Shown here: piece by piece, positions 13,269 to 27,040 of the stretch | Layout: each line of letters opens with the position of its first letter | Position numbering within the stretch: position 1 is the stretch's first letter | DNA from: Eledone cirrhosa | Lineage: Eukaryota | DNA: 64,000 nucleotides | Reading direction: 5' to 3' | Assembly (NCBI GenBank): GCA_964016885.1 | Contig: OZ024743.1 | Span: 289,726,001-289,790,000, forward strand | Made by a program: the position numbers and the translations under genes | Notes under the pieces: model-generated | What the model saw: the letters and a program-made list of their open reading frames with translations, nothing else | Database searches by the model: none | What the model was told of the DNA's origin: nothing

Positions 13269-16200
13269 TTACAGATATATACTCAGAGTAGGCCCATTCA
13301 CTCGGGCCATTCTTGCTTCTCTCACCCATCTTTCAACAAAATGCTGGGAAGAGAGCACTTCCCCCTCTACTCTGATTTTCCTTTTCAAATGAAATTTGAA
13401 AAAGTCAATCAGAGCATCACCGAAGAGGTAAGTGCTCGTCTTCAGCCCTTTCAAACGTGTCCACCATACTATCTCTTTCGCCATGGCCACCAGACAGATA
13501 AAAACTGCCTGCCCTTCCCGGCTAAAGGAGGAGGGCGGGGCAATTCTCACGATGGACTCAGATGATAGCCGGATCCGTCCTAAACGCGACAGCAGGTGTT
13601 CGACATAAACCCACAAGTCAGCAATTTTCGGACACTGGACGAGTGCGTGCAGGATGGTTTCGTCGCCCTGCGCGCATCTCGGACATGCCCGGCTGACGGC
13701 ACCTCCATGCCTGTAGAGTTTATCCCGAACTGGCAAGGCTCCTCGGTAGCACTGCCAGGCCAGAGATTTCTGGAAGTTGTCCATAGGCCCTGGGCCGAAA
13801 GTTCTTCCGAAGAGATTGGCTAGTTGATTTTCGTCGACGCCTAGAGTTTCCCCAAGTACGTCGTCGCTCTTCCCCTCCACTAATCCTCTATAGTACGCCG
13901 AGGTGGAGTTTCCACCGATCACATTGCCCGATTGGTCGAGGGCTGTGAGCGCCTGAAGACATTCCAGTCTCCAGGCGCTCCCTCTCGGTCTTCGCTTGAC
14001 CCAGGACTGCAGCTCCGTCAAGGAAACGAGCTGGGGAAATACGCGTCTAGCAAACGGCGACCACAGCTGATCACCGTCGAGGAAGAGGTGGAGATGTCGT
14101 AGCCTGAGCGCGTGCCTGCGCATCATCAGCCACGGCATGCCCAGCCCTCCACGTAGCGGGTGTTAACAACAGATGGACCGCCTGACCATCGGAGCACGTC
14201 CCTTCCACAAAAAGCGAAAGAGCAAATGCTCCAGCGCAGTCAGGCGAGGCTTAGGACAAGGTACGACGGTCAGGCGGTAGCAGATGACAGACTCGATGTA
14301 CGCGTTAGTCACCTCCGCTCGACCTTTCAGGGATAGCTTCCTCTCCGCCCATTTCTGGGTGAGAGAAGCCACCCTGCTCGTCACCTCGTCCCAGTTTTTG
14401 TCCGTCTGGAGGTCCGGACCGAACCAGACCCCTAGCAATTTAACCGGTCCGTCCGTCCAGCGTCCGACGACGCTGTTGGACGGCATGGACCTGCCTCTCC
14501 AGGTGCCGAGCTGCAGGCCCACTGACTTTTCCTGGTTGATCATTGCTCCTGTCACCGCTTCGTATTCTCTTAGTGTAGTGCCGATCGCCTCGATGTGTTT
14601 GGCGTTCGACACCACTACGGTGACATCGTCCGCATATGCTGACACGGATCTTCCGCATCCTAGTTCGCGCGGGACGCCCCTCAACGTCTCCAGTTTGTGC
14701 AGTAATGGCTCGAGAGTCAATACGTACAAGAGGGACGAGAGGGGACATCCTTGGCGGACCGAGCGCATGATGTTGAACGGTTCCGGCAGGTGACCGTTCA
14801 CTCTCACCACAGAGCAGATGTCGCTGTGCATGGCAGCGATCCAGCCTCCGAAGACGGGCCCAAAGCCAGCCGCCCTCAGGACTGCTGCTAGGTAACGATG
14901 GTCGACCCTATCGAAAGCTTTCGACTGATCTAAATTGATCAAGGACCCACCCGTGCCAGGTTCCTTAGCTACCCTCTCTATGATGTATCGCATGAGGTGG
15001 AGGTTGTCGTGGATGGATCTGTCGGGAATGGCGCATGTCTGCGCCTCTCCCACCAGACCACCAGCGACAAGCGCCAACCTCTTTGCTAGCACCTTGGCCA
15101 AAATCTTGAACTCTGTGTTTAGCAGTGTTATGGGCCGGAAATTATCTATGTTATCCCCCTTGTTCGGATCCTTTCTCAGCAGTGCCACCGCTCCTCGGCT
15201 CACAGAACTGGGAATTCTCCCGTTCTGTTGCCAGTTGCAGTAGACGTCCGCCAAGAGGCCTCCGAACAAGTCTGGCATCTGTACGTAAAGTTCATAGGGC
15301 AGACCATCCAAACCAGGCGATTTACCCCTTGTGCAGCCAGTCATTGCCTCCCTTACTTCAGCTGCTGTTATCGGCTTTTCGCAATAATTCGCCTCAGTGG
15401 CCGAGAGCCGCGGCAGTCCGTTGAGGTAGACACTAAAGTCCATCCCTCTACCCGGCCCACCGCTGCCCCCGAACAGCTGAGCGAAGTGTCGCTGAAAAGC
15501 TTCACACATTTTCCCGGGATCGAGTAGCATGCGCCCGTCGTGGTCCACCAAAGACCGGATCGTGGCTTTGTTGCCACGACGCGCCTCCGCCACTCGGGCC
15601 CATTGAACGGCTTTCGTCCCCTCGTGTCTGAGAGCACGCACCCTAGCTCTGACAACGCAGCCTTCGTGCTTTGCATTGAAGAATTGGTCAAGGGCCAATT
15701 TCGCCGCAAGCACGTCGGTCGCAATGCCTTTGCTAAGCGCCTCGTCTAATTTTCTAACTAGTTCTCCCTCTGCTCTATTTTTCTCTATTGCTAAAGCCTT
15801 ACTAAACCTAATCATTTCTATTCTAATCGCTCTTTTCAGAGCAAACCACCACTTGTTGTTGACGATGGCCCCCGTCAACGCCCGCTTAACTAGTTCGCTA
15901 ATCCAGTCTCTGTAGGCCTTGCGCGCTGGTAAGGACGCGTTTAGCTTCCAGTAGCCGGGTCCTCGTCTATGAAGCCTATCTAAGTCAAGCACACAGGTCA
16001 TGAATTTGTGGTCCGTGTAGCTGACTATCTTGAATTGTGGACAGCCTATGCTAGACCTATCTATTTCCCTACAAAATACTCTATCTAGATATGATCTGGA
16101 TGACCCTATGCGGTTTGTCCAAGTCCACATTGGCACATTCGGGAAATCCAATCGGTACCTGTCAGACAGTTCAAAACGCCTGAGCAGGTTGGTGAGGCTC

Positions 16201-16688
16201 TTGCACCCTCCACCCCTATCCGCTAATCCCACACAGTCCCAGCGTGCATCTAAGATCCCGTTCCAGTCGCCCACTAACACTAAAGAGCGGGACGTTCCAA
16301 GAAAGGTCTCCAGACGCCGGAAGAAATCAGGCCGCCCTGCTCCTGTCGGGGCATAGACGGCCACTAGCCTGAAAGCTTGCCCGTCTCCGCTGGTCACGTC
16401 CAGCACCACCAGCTTACCCTCTGGGTCCAGGAAGATGGCCCGTATGGCGAGATCCAAACCTCTCCGAAAAAGCACAGCAACTCCTCCACCCGATCCAGGA
16501 CGGCTGGGAGATGCGTACACATCGTAGCCGCCGAAGATCGGTGCGAAGGCCCGTGCTTCGGAGATTCTGGTCTCGCTGATGGCCACTACATCTATGTTTA
16601 GTGACCTGAGGTCGTTGAGCAGGTGACCCTGCTTCCATGACGACCCCAAGCCACGCGCATTTATGCTGCCTATTCTGAGTGAGGTCAT
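13269..16688 (-). CDS. Tx1 ORF2 (APE endonuclease, RT, C-terminal Zn finger), 1140 codons with a single in-frame TAA at 14163-14165
   Basis: ORFs 14163-16688 and 13269-14138 are in frame. CC*HP here corresponds to CCQHP in the 385-4430 copy. Motifs SINARGL, SETR, GDWN, YTDH, DQSKAFD, RQGCPLS, YADD, CPRC…HALVQC. Confidence 0.92.
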
Positions 16689-16722
16689 GTTTAAATAGAG
16701 TGGAAAAGATGGGAAAGACCAC

Positions 16723-18818
16723 TTACCGTACTTTTGGTAGAGGAGGGATGGTTTTTACATCCCTTTTCACTTGATCGTCTGGTGAAGGGACCGTTGAATC
16801 GTCCCTTCGGCTGGTCGTCGGCTCTTCTAAGAGAATGTCTGAATATACTCTTCGATTGATGGTTCCTCCTAGGTCCCTGAAATCACCAACTGCGTTGGGG
16901 AATTTCGTTTTAATGTTTGTGTATTGTTTCTGTGCTATTTTTAGCAGTCTTATGTTAGTTGGCGTTTTGATTGGTGCTGGTATTATGTAGTCCTGTTGTG
17001 AAATGTCTGTGTGTTCAATTATGTAAGTCATTAGTTTCTTGTTGTGTGTGTTTATTGCCGTGCATTTGTTTTTCTGGGGGTGGGGTGTGGTTCTGCTATT
17101 TTCTTGTCGTTGTTGCTGGGTGTGTGTGTTTTGTTGTTGTGTTTGCGATGTTGGTGCTTGTGGTGGTGGTGTTGAAGGTGTTGTTGGCGGTGGGGTTGTC
17201 GCCGGTGGTGATGGTGGTGCTGGTGTGGGTGGTGATGGTGTTGGTGGTGTTGCTGCTGTGGGTCTCTTTGCAGTAGACTTTACCCTTTTCTCATTTCTTT
17301 CCTCCCTTTTCAAAGGCGACGATGCGCTGCTTCTGCGTTTGTGCCTTCTTGCGACCTTTTGCCATCCCTCTCCCACCTCACACTCCATGTCTGATTCTGT
17401 AAGGTCGGGGAGGAGTACCAGCTCCACTCTTTCACTTGTTGTTGTTGGTGATGTTTGCACTGGAGTCTCTGTTGCAGCTGCATTTGGTATTGCTGTTGTT
17501 GTTGTTAATATTTCCACTGCTGCTGCTGTCTTTGATTTCCGTGGAGTGGGTATGGGTGCCACGGACCTATCGTTCCTGGTTGCCGCTTGTCCTGTTGCTG
17601 GTAGCCGTGGAGCCGGATTCGGAAGGAGGGGGGTTTTCTCCTTTCTCAGGGTCTTCTCGTTGCAGAAGGCCCTGAGGTGAGTCTTCGATCCACAGCGAAA
17701 GCATTTCGGGCGTTTGCCCTCAACACTTATGGGCAGTTGAGTGCCGTTATCGAAGTCTATCACATCCGGGATAGCTTCGATGCACTCCTGGTTGGTTTGG
17801 ATTAGCATCTCAATGGAGGAGCCGACCCAATCTTCTCTTACTTTTTTCTGTACTTGCAGTACAGTTGTTTTGTCCTCGATTCCGACGAGGACAGACGCGG
17901 CCAGCCAAGAAGGGGTCATTCCGGGGGGGGGACGTGGGTCAGTTTGACCCTCACAATTTTTTGCCCGCAGTAGGAGGGCACCAACACCATTTCCACGCTC
18001 CTTAGGGTCACTACTGATTGGGCCTTTGCCTCCTGGGGTGTGGCAAAAAGTACGTCTACGGTGGCGTATTTTTTGCCTCGGGTGATGTGCGTTTTCCTCT
18101 GCCACACAGACCCCAAGGCTTTTTGTATTTGGGCCTCTGTGGCTCTTTCCACCCTACGGGATTTTGTACTTACTGTACGGTACGTGACCGTACAGTGCTC
18201 TTGGGTTTCGAAAAAATTTTTCGCTGCCTTGCAGATTGCTCGGTGTCCGTTCTTTGTCACCATCTTCTTCGCTTCCTCTAATTCCTCATTTGTTATGAGG
18301 ATTGTTTCCAAGTTTTTCGCAATACCTGCAAATGAGATTGGTTTTTCTCTGCTGTTGTTGTTGTCGTCAGAGCTGCTGGTACTTTTGTTGCTGCAGGTAC
18401 TACGACTACTGCCTCCGCCGCTGTTGCTGTGGTTGTTGTTGGTGTTGCTGCTGCTAATGCTGTTGTTGTTTATGCTGCTGGTGATGCTGTTGCGGCTGCT
18501 ACTGTTGTTTTCATTGTCACTGTTGCTGTTGTTATTACGGCTGCTACTGCTATTATTCCTGACGTCAGACGAATGAACTGGGTTTTCGTATTTCCCGCAC
18601 ACCTGTTTCGTCGCTGTCGTCGTCGTCGTGGAGAAACCTTGCACGCTTTGCACGAGACTTTTCTTTTCTTTCGTCGCTTGCGAAAGAGAAGGGAGGGAGA
18701 GAGACACATTTAAAGAAGGGAGGGAGAGAGACAATCTTCTCTCTGCTGTAGTGATGATTGAGGAAGAAGAAGACGGAATGAGTGGGAGTGACGTATGAAA
18801 TTTCTTTTTGGTAGCCAT
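16723..18818 (-). CDS. Tx1 ORF1 (nucleic-acid-binding, CCHC zinc knuckle) with one frameshift in a G/C homopolymer near 17925
   Basis: Starts MATKKKF; N/S-rich repeat segment; CFRCGSKTHLRAFC knuckle; P/T-rich linker. ORFs 17916-18851 and 16723-18105 join at the homopolymer. Confidence 0.85.
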
Positions 18819-19292
18819 GTTTTTTTGTTTAAAATGAAATTTTGGGTACAAAACCCCAATAACTGGTTATTTAACCCCGAAGGGCCAAATAACGGACAGA
18901 AAGACCCCTCTCACGAGGAGGAGGGTGTCTTTATCAACAATTTGGTTCAAGTTTTAAACAATTTACAATTGTTTTAACGGTTAAAAATTACTATACCTTA
19001 CAGAGCCGAGCCTCCGTCAACCATGGCATTCAATAATAATAATAATAATAATAACAAAAATAACAATAACAATAGCATGAACAATAATAGCATGAACGGC
19101 AATAGATATCACTGATCTAAGAGACAGGCGAATCGTCTTGAGAAAGCTTTCGTATATTGGGAAAATCCAACAACTAATACAAACACCTCGCTCACTGAAT
19201 TCTGAAATTACAAAATTATGTATATATATATATATATATGTGTGCGTGTATTTATGTATAAATGTGTGTGTATGTATGTATATATGTGTGTG

Positions 19293-19332
<40 letters not shown>

Positions 19333-19619
19333 CGTGTGTATTTTGTCCATCTAATATACGGTATGTTTACAAATAAATATTTGAAAGTCTTTAAGCTATG
19401 AATTCTGGAAGCTGGGGGCTCGCACCATCTAGAGAATTCCAGCAGAAGCAGGAGAGGGTAACTGCCGACAATAGATTCTGGTTGGAGCCCCTTATCAAGC
19501 GAGTGCTCCTGCCATTCTCACCGCTGGATCTCAATATAGGCGAAAATATGTACATTGGCTGATTAGCCCCAATTTTCCATTCAACACGATGTATCCAATG
19601 GTTTGTCAGTCAAGAAGTT

Positions 19620-19875
19620 CATCGAAATATAGGCCTTTTGATTGTTTTGTTATCATGTTTATGTGCAATCACCGGTTTCCTAGGCCTGAATAGCACAATC
19701 GATGTTGTCCAATGGAAGGTCAAAGGCCAATAGAGCTTGGCATTAGTGACGTTCCTAATCATTTTTAGAGGTGAGGGGACTGGAGTAACGTGAAATAACG
19801 CATTACCCGGTCCGGGAATCGAACTCACACTCTCACGATTGTGAACCAAATTCCCTAACCACTAAGACACGCGCC
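19620..19875 (-). mobile_element. tRNA-derived SINE (octopus-type)
   Basis: Minus strand GGCGCGTGTCTTAGTGGTTAGG…GAGTTCGATTCCCGG gives Pol III A and B boxes, followed by a non-tRNA body. Confidence 0.75.
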
Positions 19876-19909
19876 TTCAGACACGCGTACAAGTGTGCGT
19901 GTGTGTGTC

Positions 19910-19940
<31 letters not shown>

Positions 19941-19947
19941 GTATACA

Positions 19948-20713
19948 TAAAATTAGTCCTTCATCAGTGATTTTCCTGCCTTCATTGGTATTTCATCGCT
20001 TTAAAGATCATATACCTCTGGTTGGTGCGAGCAACGGCTAAAGAAAGTCGTTGGGACACGTAAATAGGGTGAAACGAGCGAGACATGTAAACAAACAAAG
20101 ATGGTAATGCAACGAAAAGTGATGAAGAAGGAGTCAAGTCCCTGAAATCGATGAACCTAAGTTCTGTGAAATCGTAGACCGGAGATAAAGACCACCCAAC
20201 CTGGGTGAAATGTGAGCGAGAAAAGGATTTCACACAGCTCAAACGGGAAGAAGTAATGGAGAGAGAGTAGCAGAGAGTGAGTGAGTGAAAGTGTGAGGAA
20301 GAGGCTAACTGAGAGAGTGACTGGCAGAGGGGGTAAAAAGAAATTGAGAGATACAGAGAAAGGGGAAGCAGTAAGAAAGAAACAGACAGGTTACAGCGGA
20401 GGAGAATATATATAAATATATGAAAAAATGGCGTGCTGCGTGGTTGCAAATGGGTTACATATGAATAAAATTAGTCCTTCATCAGTGATCTTCCAGCCTT
20501 CATTGGTATTTCATCGCTTTAAAGATCATATACCACTGGTTGGTGCGAGCAACGGCTAAAGAAAGTCGTTGGGACACGTAAAATAGGGTGAAACGAGCGA
20601 GACATGTAAACAAAGAAAGATGGTAATGCAACGAAAAGTGAGGAAGTAGGAGTCAAGTCCTTGAAATCGATGAACTTATGTTCTGTGAAATCGTAGAAAA
20701 GAGATAAAGACCA
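19948..20713. repeat. Direct repeat pair of about 245 bp (19948-20195 and 20466-20713) between (TA)n tracts
   Basis: Both copies begin taaaattagtccttcatcagtga and end gagataaagacca. Confidence 0.85.
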
Positions 20714-20822
20714 TATATATATATATATATAACTTGACCACTGCCACGTCACGATTCTTACCCATTTTTTAAATCTATTTCTGGCGCGATCGCTTTGGAA
20801 AATTAACTGTCCCATTGAGTTT

Positions 20823-20902
20823 GTCTCCTGATGAGTTCGTTATTCTAGTTTCATCCTTAATAATAGGATATCTTAAAATACGAACGAAACCATAGTAGAG
20901 AT
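20823..20902 (+). ncRNA. Minimal type I hammerhead ribozyme motif
   Basis: Stem I gtctc/gagat; CUGAUGA at 20828-34; stem II gttcgt/acgaac; GAAAC-cata-GUA. Confidence 0.8.
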
Positions 20903-21183
20903 GTAATTACGGTATATACACGTTTCTTCTAACTTTAAATTTATACCTAATTGTGTATGGTTGACGGTATATTCAGTCAGTTTCTACATGCTGTTGAAAT
21001 GATGGATAAATGCCCTATTGGGGTCAACCGCGAAGAGGCCGCTTCTGGTTATTTATCAAATATTTCTGCAAAGGAGCCTTTATTCTTATAGCCTGGTCTA
21101 ATTCATTTTTTATATGGTTAATTATGCTAATTGGGAGAGGAAATGGTATATATTTTATCTAATAATTCTAAGGACATGATTTA

Positions 21184-21268
<85 letters not shown>

Positions 21269-21439
21269 CGGAAAAAATGAAACGAAATTTACGTCAATTC
21301 TAGAAAGCGCAGCCCAATATCGGCCATTTGCATCTCAACCCAACGGGAGATTATTAAATATATATTACGTCAATTTACGTCAAGTTTAACGGGCAAAAAC
21401 CCATACAATACTTACCAAACAATACTATCTCCTTTAAAC

Positions 21440-22171
21440 CTAATAACAGGAAAAGAAAAATAATCTGGTTCACCCCCCCCCCCCCGTTACTCTTTAGCAG
21501 TTAAAACTAATGTAGGCAAAAAATTCCTAGATCGCTTAGATAAACATTTCCCTAGAACACATAGATACTATAAGATCTTCAATAGAAACTGTGTCAAAAT
21601 CAGATACTCCTGCGGTCCCCCTATTAAATCTTATATCCTCAATAAGAAAATACCCAGAGAACATCAAAATTGCTCCTGTAGAGTCAAAAGTGAATGCCCA
21701 TTACAAGGTAAATGCAACACCAAAGCCATTGTATATGCGGCTAAAGTGACAACCACCAGCAACAACCTACCAGCCACCAGCGAACGATATGTGGGTATGA
21801 CACAAGACAAATTCAAAACGCGTTATTACTCACATGTCGCATCTTTCCGACATCCTGAAAAAAGATTTACAACAGTTCTGGCGAGCAGAATATGGGATTT
21901 GAAAGAGCAAGGTATCCAATATAAATTAGATTGGTCAATTTTGAACCAATCTAAAGAATATGCAAGAGGAAAAAGAAGATGCGCACTCTGCATAAGGGAA
22001 AAATACTGGATTTTACAGAACCTTAAATCACCAAAAACCTGCCTAAATGCAAAAACAGATTTTTTCACCAGTTGCCCACACATGAAATCACACTTGCCTT
22101 CCAGTTCATATAAACTTAACTCACTTTCAGATATTTATCCTCCACAAACTCTTCTTCTACACTTTCCTTAA
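21440..22171 (+). pseudogene. Penelope-like element (Neptune/Nematis-type) linker plus GIY-YIG endonuclease, 5'-truncated
   Basis: RKIIWF…KTNVGKKFL…KHFP…KIFNRN, CSC…CPL.GKC, IVY…YVGMT…KTRY..H, CALCIREK, LN…CPH. Confidence 0.85.
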
Positions 22172-23369
22172 ATTACCCTCTTTACAGACTTCTCTTTCTG
22201 ATTTATTTTCATTTCACATCCACCAGGAGCCCCCCCCCCCCTGCTTTTTGATTCACTTACCTTATATCCTCACAATTCCACACATTTTACTTCCCCATTT
22301 TCTTTCACTACCTGATATCACTTTTCACTTGCGTTTGCAACTTCAGATATATTCTTTTGTCTCTCAGCCGCTTTTATGTATGTTTACTTGCGTATAATTT
22401 GTACTCATTTATTCATACGGCTGGTTTTTAATTTGTATCTATGCGTATGAGCGTGCATGTGTGTGTATGCGTGTTTGTATATGTATACAAATGCATTCGT
22501 ATGTGCGCGTGTGTATATGTGAACAGAAACACACACAAACAGAACACACACGAACACACGCAAACGCACAACATAATAAATACCCACCTATACACACATA
22601 CCCATCAGTGCGTTAAAAAGAAACACACTTAGAAGAATATTCAGTAGGCAAAACAATATCGACATGGTTCCGATCAAGAAATATCTTAAAGCACATTGTG
22701 ATAAATTATCTGTCGTTAATGATCTTTAAAGGGGAAAGTAGGATAGTAAAAGTGACTATTATGATGGTTGTGTAGGTATGACGGTTATTTGAAGCTGAAG
22801 ATGATAACAATAATGATGATAGTGAAGATAATGAAGATTATGATGAAGATGATAACTATAAAAATGATTATGATAATAACAAAAACAAAAATCTTTATTT
22901 GATCGGAAACCTATTAAGCAAATTCTGTCATTAAAAAAAAATTATGAAAAACATAATATTGACAAGTAAACAAGAAAAACAAAACATTGACTTCAAAATA
23001 TATAACAAAAAAAAAATTAAAGGATGATAGAATCATGAGGCTAAATATTAAAAACTGAAAGAATATCAACATTACTTACTTCTTTACTTTCCTGAACAAC
23101 ATCATCAACAACAACAATACCAAAAACAATTACTAAAGATACTACTGCCAAAATTATTATTCCTCTCTTTAGCTTCACCTATCACTCTAACTTCACTTGA
23201 TGTAGTTGCTGAAGAGATGTATATATGAAAAGATTAAGGATCCGAAAATATATATATATATACATATATGTATACAAATTTATAGTTGTATTTTTATATA
23301 TATATATATATATATATTAGAAAGTGAGGTTTTTTTTACAAAATGAAAAATAACCGAGGTGTCCTACTC

Positions 23370-23422
<53 letters not shown>

Positions 23423-23568
23423 AATACAATAACAGCGACACACATCTTTTTGTGTATTTAATAAATTTCATTTTTCAAATATTTCGTTTTGAGAGTCTAT
23501 TCAGCATATTAAAAGTGCATTATAGGCTAAGTTACTAAATAAAAAATTACTAATTGTTGATATACATT

Positions 23569-23639
<71 letters not shown>

Positions 23640-24472
23640 GTACTTGAATGAGGATGCAAATGTAGGAATAATCAAACCTCTTGTCATGAGGGAAATGCTG
23701 GAATGATGAGTGTATAGAATAAGTCACTTGAAAAGATCACCACCCTCCATTAGCAAGGATGTAAAGGCAGGTATGTCTGTTGGGTATGGGGAAATTGGAA
23801 TTTAGTATTTGAATTTGAAAAGTTTGAGGGTAGGAATATATTATTTGTAGCAATCATGCAACAACGTACACTAGGGACACTTAATTTTCAGATGAAGGTG
23901 GAGAATAATGTTTACCCCACTAGAAAATTCAATGATGACAGGTTAAAAATGGTGGAGTTAGTACACTGTTTCAATTCTACATTGAGATAGCTGTCAAGCA
24001 ATGGGAACTGTCTGAATTGCAAGGCAACTTCGAGTTCCATAATCCTCAATAGTTTGTTGTTCCATGCCACTGCTATCTCTGCAACAACATAGCTAAGATA
24101 GATGCGAAAGCGATTATAAAATTACAGCGTATTTAGAAACCACATGTTGTTAAAAGGATGTTTATTGTATATGATCTCATACACACGCTAATACGATTCA
24201 CGCTATGCCAGTGCTAATACTATTGGTTATTAACTCGAGCCGGACAGCTTTAGCACTATAAGTTTTCAGTATGCTTTGTCTCAAAAGCAAAGGAATAATT
24301 TGCCTGGAAGAAGGAGAATATCCCAGATACAGTGCCGTCAGCTTCTCTCCTATTTCAGTTAAGATATTGGTAACATGATCACAAATTATAAAAAATTCCC
24401 AGAGCGTGGCTTAAAGGATGTTTATCATACATGAACATAACATATATGCTTCCATATATAACCCTATGATGA

Positions 24473-24558
<86 letters not shown>

Positions 24559-25127
24559 ATAATAATAAATTTGAAGACTAAAATCCAAAGAGGGCTCGAT
24601 AAGGATAAATATATATCAAATATATAAGAACCGTAGAGCAAATATTTAATCTGTTATTTTAATATATATATATATATTTGTTGGTTTTATTCAATGAACA
24701 AATAAAATTATTTCTGAGGTCAGCGTAAGACCTATTTCTTCCCTAAAATAATCCTTCATTCATAATATTCTTTTCCATCCAAAACTGAAATCTACCTTCC
24801 TCTACCCATAATTTAAGGTTCTTCTAATACTATATTACTATCCTGACCCTCACTATCTCTCTATTGGTCAATCCAAAACCTGTTCCCAAACAGACCTATT
24901 GTATTGAATCTTTGTTTTTTTCAATAAACAAATATCATTATTTCTGAAACCAGCATATATATGTGTAGGTATGTATATTCCCTCTGATAGTTTGTATACA
25001 TATTGTACATAGATCTATAGAATATGCATATCAACTCTAACACATATATATCCTAGAAACGATCGTAAAATGATGAATTTTTTTTTAATATAAGGAACTG
25101 CTTCTTTGTTTATTCATTATTTTATTA

Positions 25128-25197
<70 letters not shown>

Positions 25198-25507
25198 GAA
25201 ATAGATTGACACATATATATATAAAATAAACACATGAAACAATCTCAGGGAATAATTTGTAAAGTGTGTAAGCACACATAGCTAGGTAGGTAACTATGCA
25301 TTGGAATCTTTGAGCTTATTCTGCAGTGAATATGGTGCATGTCTCTCAAAAATGACAACCATAATTTAATTTTGGATACATATATATATATATATCGGGA
25401 CAGAGAGTGAGCGAAAGAAAGAGAGAGTTAGAGACACATAGGGAGAAAGAGTGAGAGAAAAAGAGAAAGAGTGAGAAGGAGAGATTCCTTTCTAATATTA
25501 ATTTGAT

Positions 25508-25608
25508 CGAGATTAACTTTGCCTTTCATCCTTTCGGGGTCGATAAAATAAAGTACCAGTAACGTACTGGGTAATTGCTGGCCTTATGCCAAAAGTAGAA
25601 ACAATTAA
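25508..25608 (+). mobile_element. 3' part of the octopus-type SINE (family of 51346-52610)
   Basis: ttaactttgcctttcatcctttcggggtcgataaaataaagtacc…ggccttatgccaaaagtagaaacaatt. Confidence 0.75.
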
Positions 25609-26417
25609 TTTGATTGCGAGAAAATTTCCAATCTACATGAATTGTTCTAAGGTATCCTCGCAATTTTTATTTAGTCTCTTGTGTACGAAGAGGAAAAGGC
25701 TTTTAGCTTTCTAATCCGGTGTGAAGAGTGACTTCAGACATAATACCGGGAGCAACCCTAGGTGGCTTGGTAGTAAGAATGAATTCCTTTATTACTCAAG
25801 GACACAAATGAATTCGCACAAAACTGCATAAAATATATACTAAGGGCACTAGAATATATTTATCAATTTCAGAGGTATAACACTTCAATCAGATAGGTAA
25901 GAACGAGTTTGTCCACACAAATTAGATACACTAAATATACTTTCGACAAGTTGTCTTCTAATCAGCTGGACTACCAGAGAAAGGTAAGCTGTGCTGAGTT
26001 ATATACTGCGTCAGACCGAAGTTTGAAAAACTTCTCTTAGGAGTATAGTTTAAGAACTCCAAAGTGCACAATTGATGTATTTGCAAGTATGTAAAGACAG
26101 AAATTTTCTGAGAAGTAGTTATATATAAAATGTTACATATACACGTGTCAATCACGAACACAAAGAAAATCGTATAAAACTGGGCCAAATATATTCCGAG
26201 TTGCTCCATGAAATATTTAACGATGTTAGAGATATGACTACATTCCCTGAGATAGAAATATAACAGAATTGTAAACCGAATTATTCCACACACACGCCCC
26301 CACACACGTATAACTATCTCTCACTCTCTCTCTCTGTATATATTATATATACACACACTCATATATATATATGTGTATGTATGTGTGTGTGTAGGTATGC
26401 ACACGTACACACACACA

Positions 26418-26478
<61 letters not shown>

Positions 26479-26994
26479 CATATGTACGTATATTTGTTTT
26501 ATATCGAACATTAATAATAATGTTTGATTGGGTTGTAAACAAACGGCTCGATTTACACATATTCAAATGCGCATACACACTTGCATATGTGCTTATGTGT
26601 GCGGGTCTATATTTAAACATGGACAAGGCTTATATGATAAATATATTATACCTAACAATATATAGGATAGAAATGTCTATGGTTTACTGCCATATCTTTG
26701 TATTTGTGCAGCTGGCTGTCACAAAAGACAGCTATAGTCGGAAATATCTATATTTATTTGATGAATCATTGTAATATTAAATTCATTTTGAAGACCATTA
26801 AATTCACATTTATGCATATGTGTTTACACACTATATCGGCTGCCTGTCTTCGGGTGACTTGTCATTCTTCCTCCCTTTCGCTGACTGTCTCCGCACCCAA
26901 CACCGCTCTCTATAAACAAACATACGCACGCACACACATACACACACACATGCGCCCACACAAACATGAAAACAGACATACACACACACATACG

Positions 26995-27040
<46 letters not shown>

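Larger units (their letters stand above)
13019..19031 (-). mobile_element. Full-length, near-intact Tx1/L1-clade retrotransposon (about 6.0 kb) inserted in (TAA)n
   Basis: 5' UTR, ORF1 with CCHC knuckle, ORF2 APE-RT-ZnF, 3' end …AATAAAGAAATC(ATT)n; (TAA)n on both sides. Confidence 0.95.

Noticed and set aside
981-18713. ORFs antisense to the LINE ORFs (e.g. 14284-14793, 17039-17680, 5888-6400)
   Set aside because: Shadow frames of retrotransposon coding sequence with no independent motifs.
19413-19510. Possible HDV-like or twister ribozyme (ggggctc/gagcccc stem)
   Set aside because: I could not place the conserved catalytic core nucleotides.
19806-19875. tRNA gene candidate
   Set aside because: A and B boxes are present, but the acceptor stem is poor and the sequence continues into a SINE body.
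23635-24100. Possible coding or LINE remnant
   Set aside because: No recognisable motif in any frame by eye.
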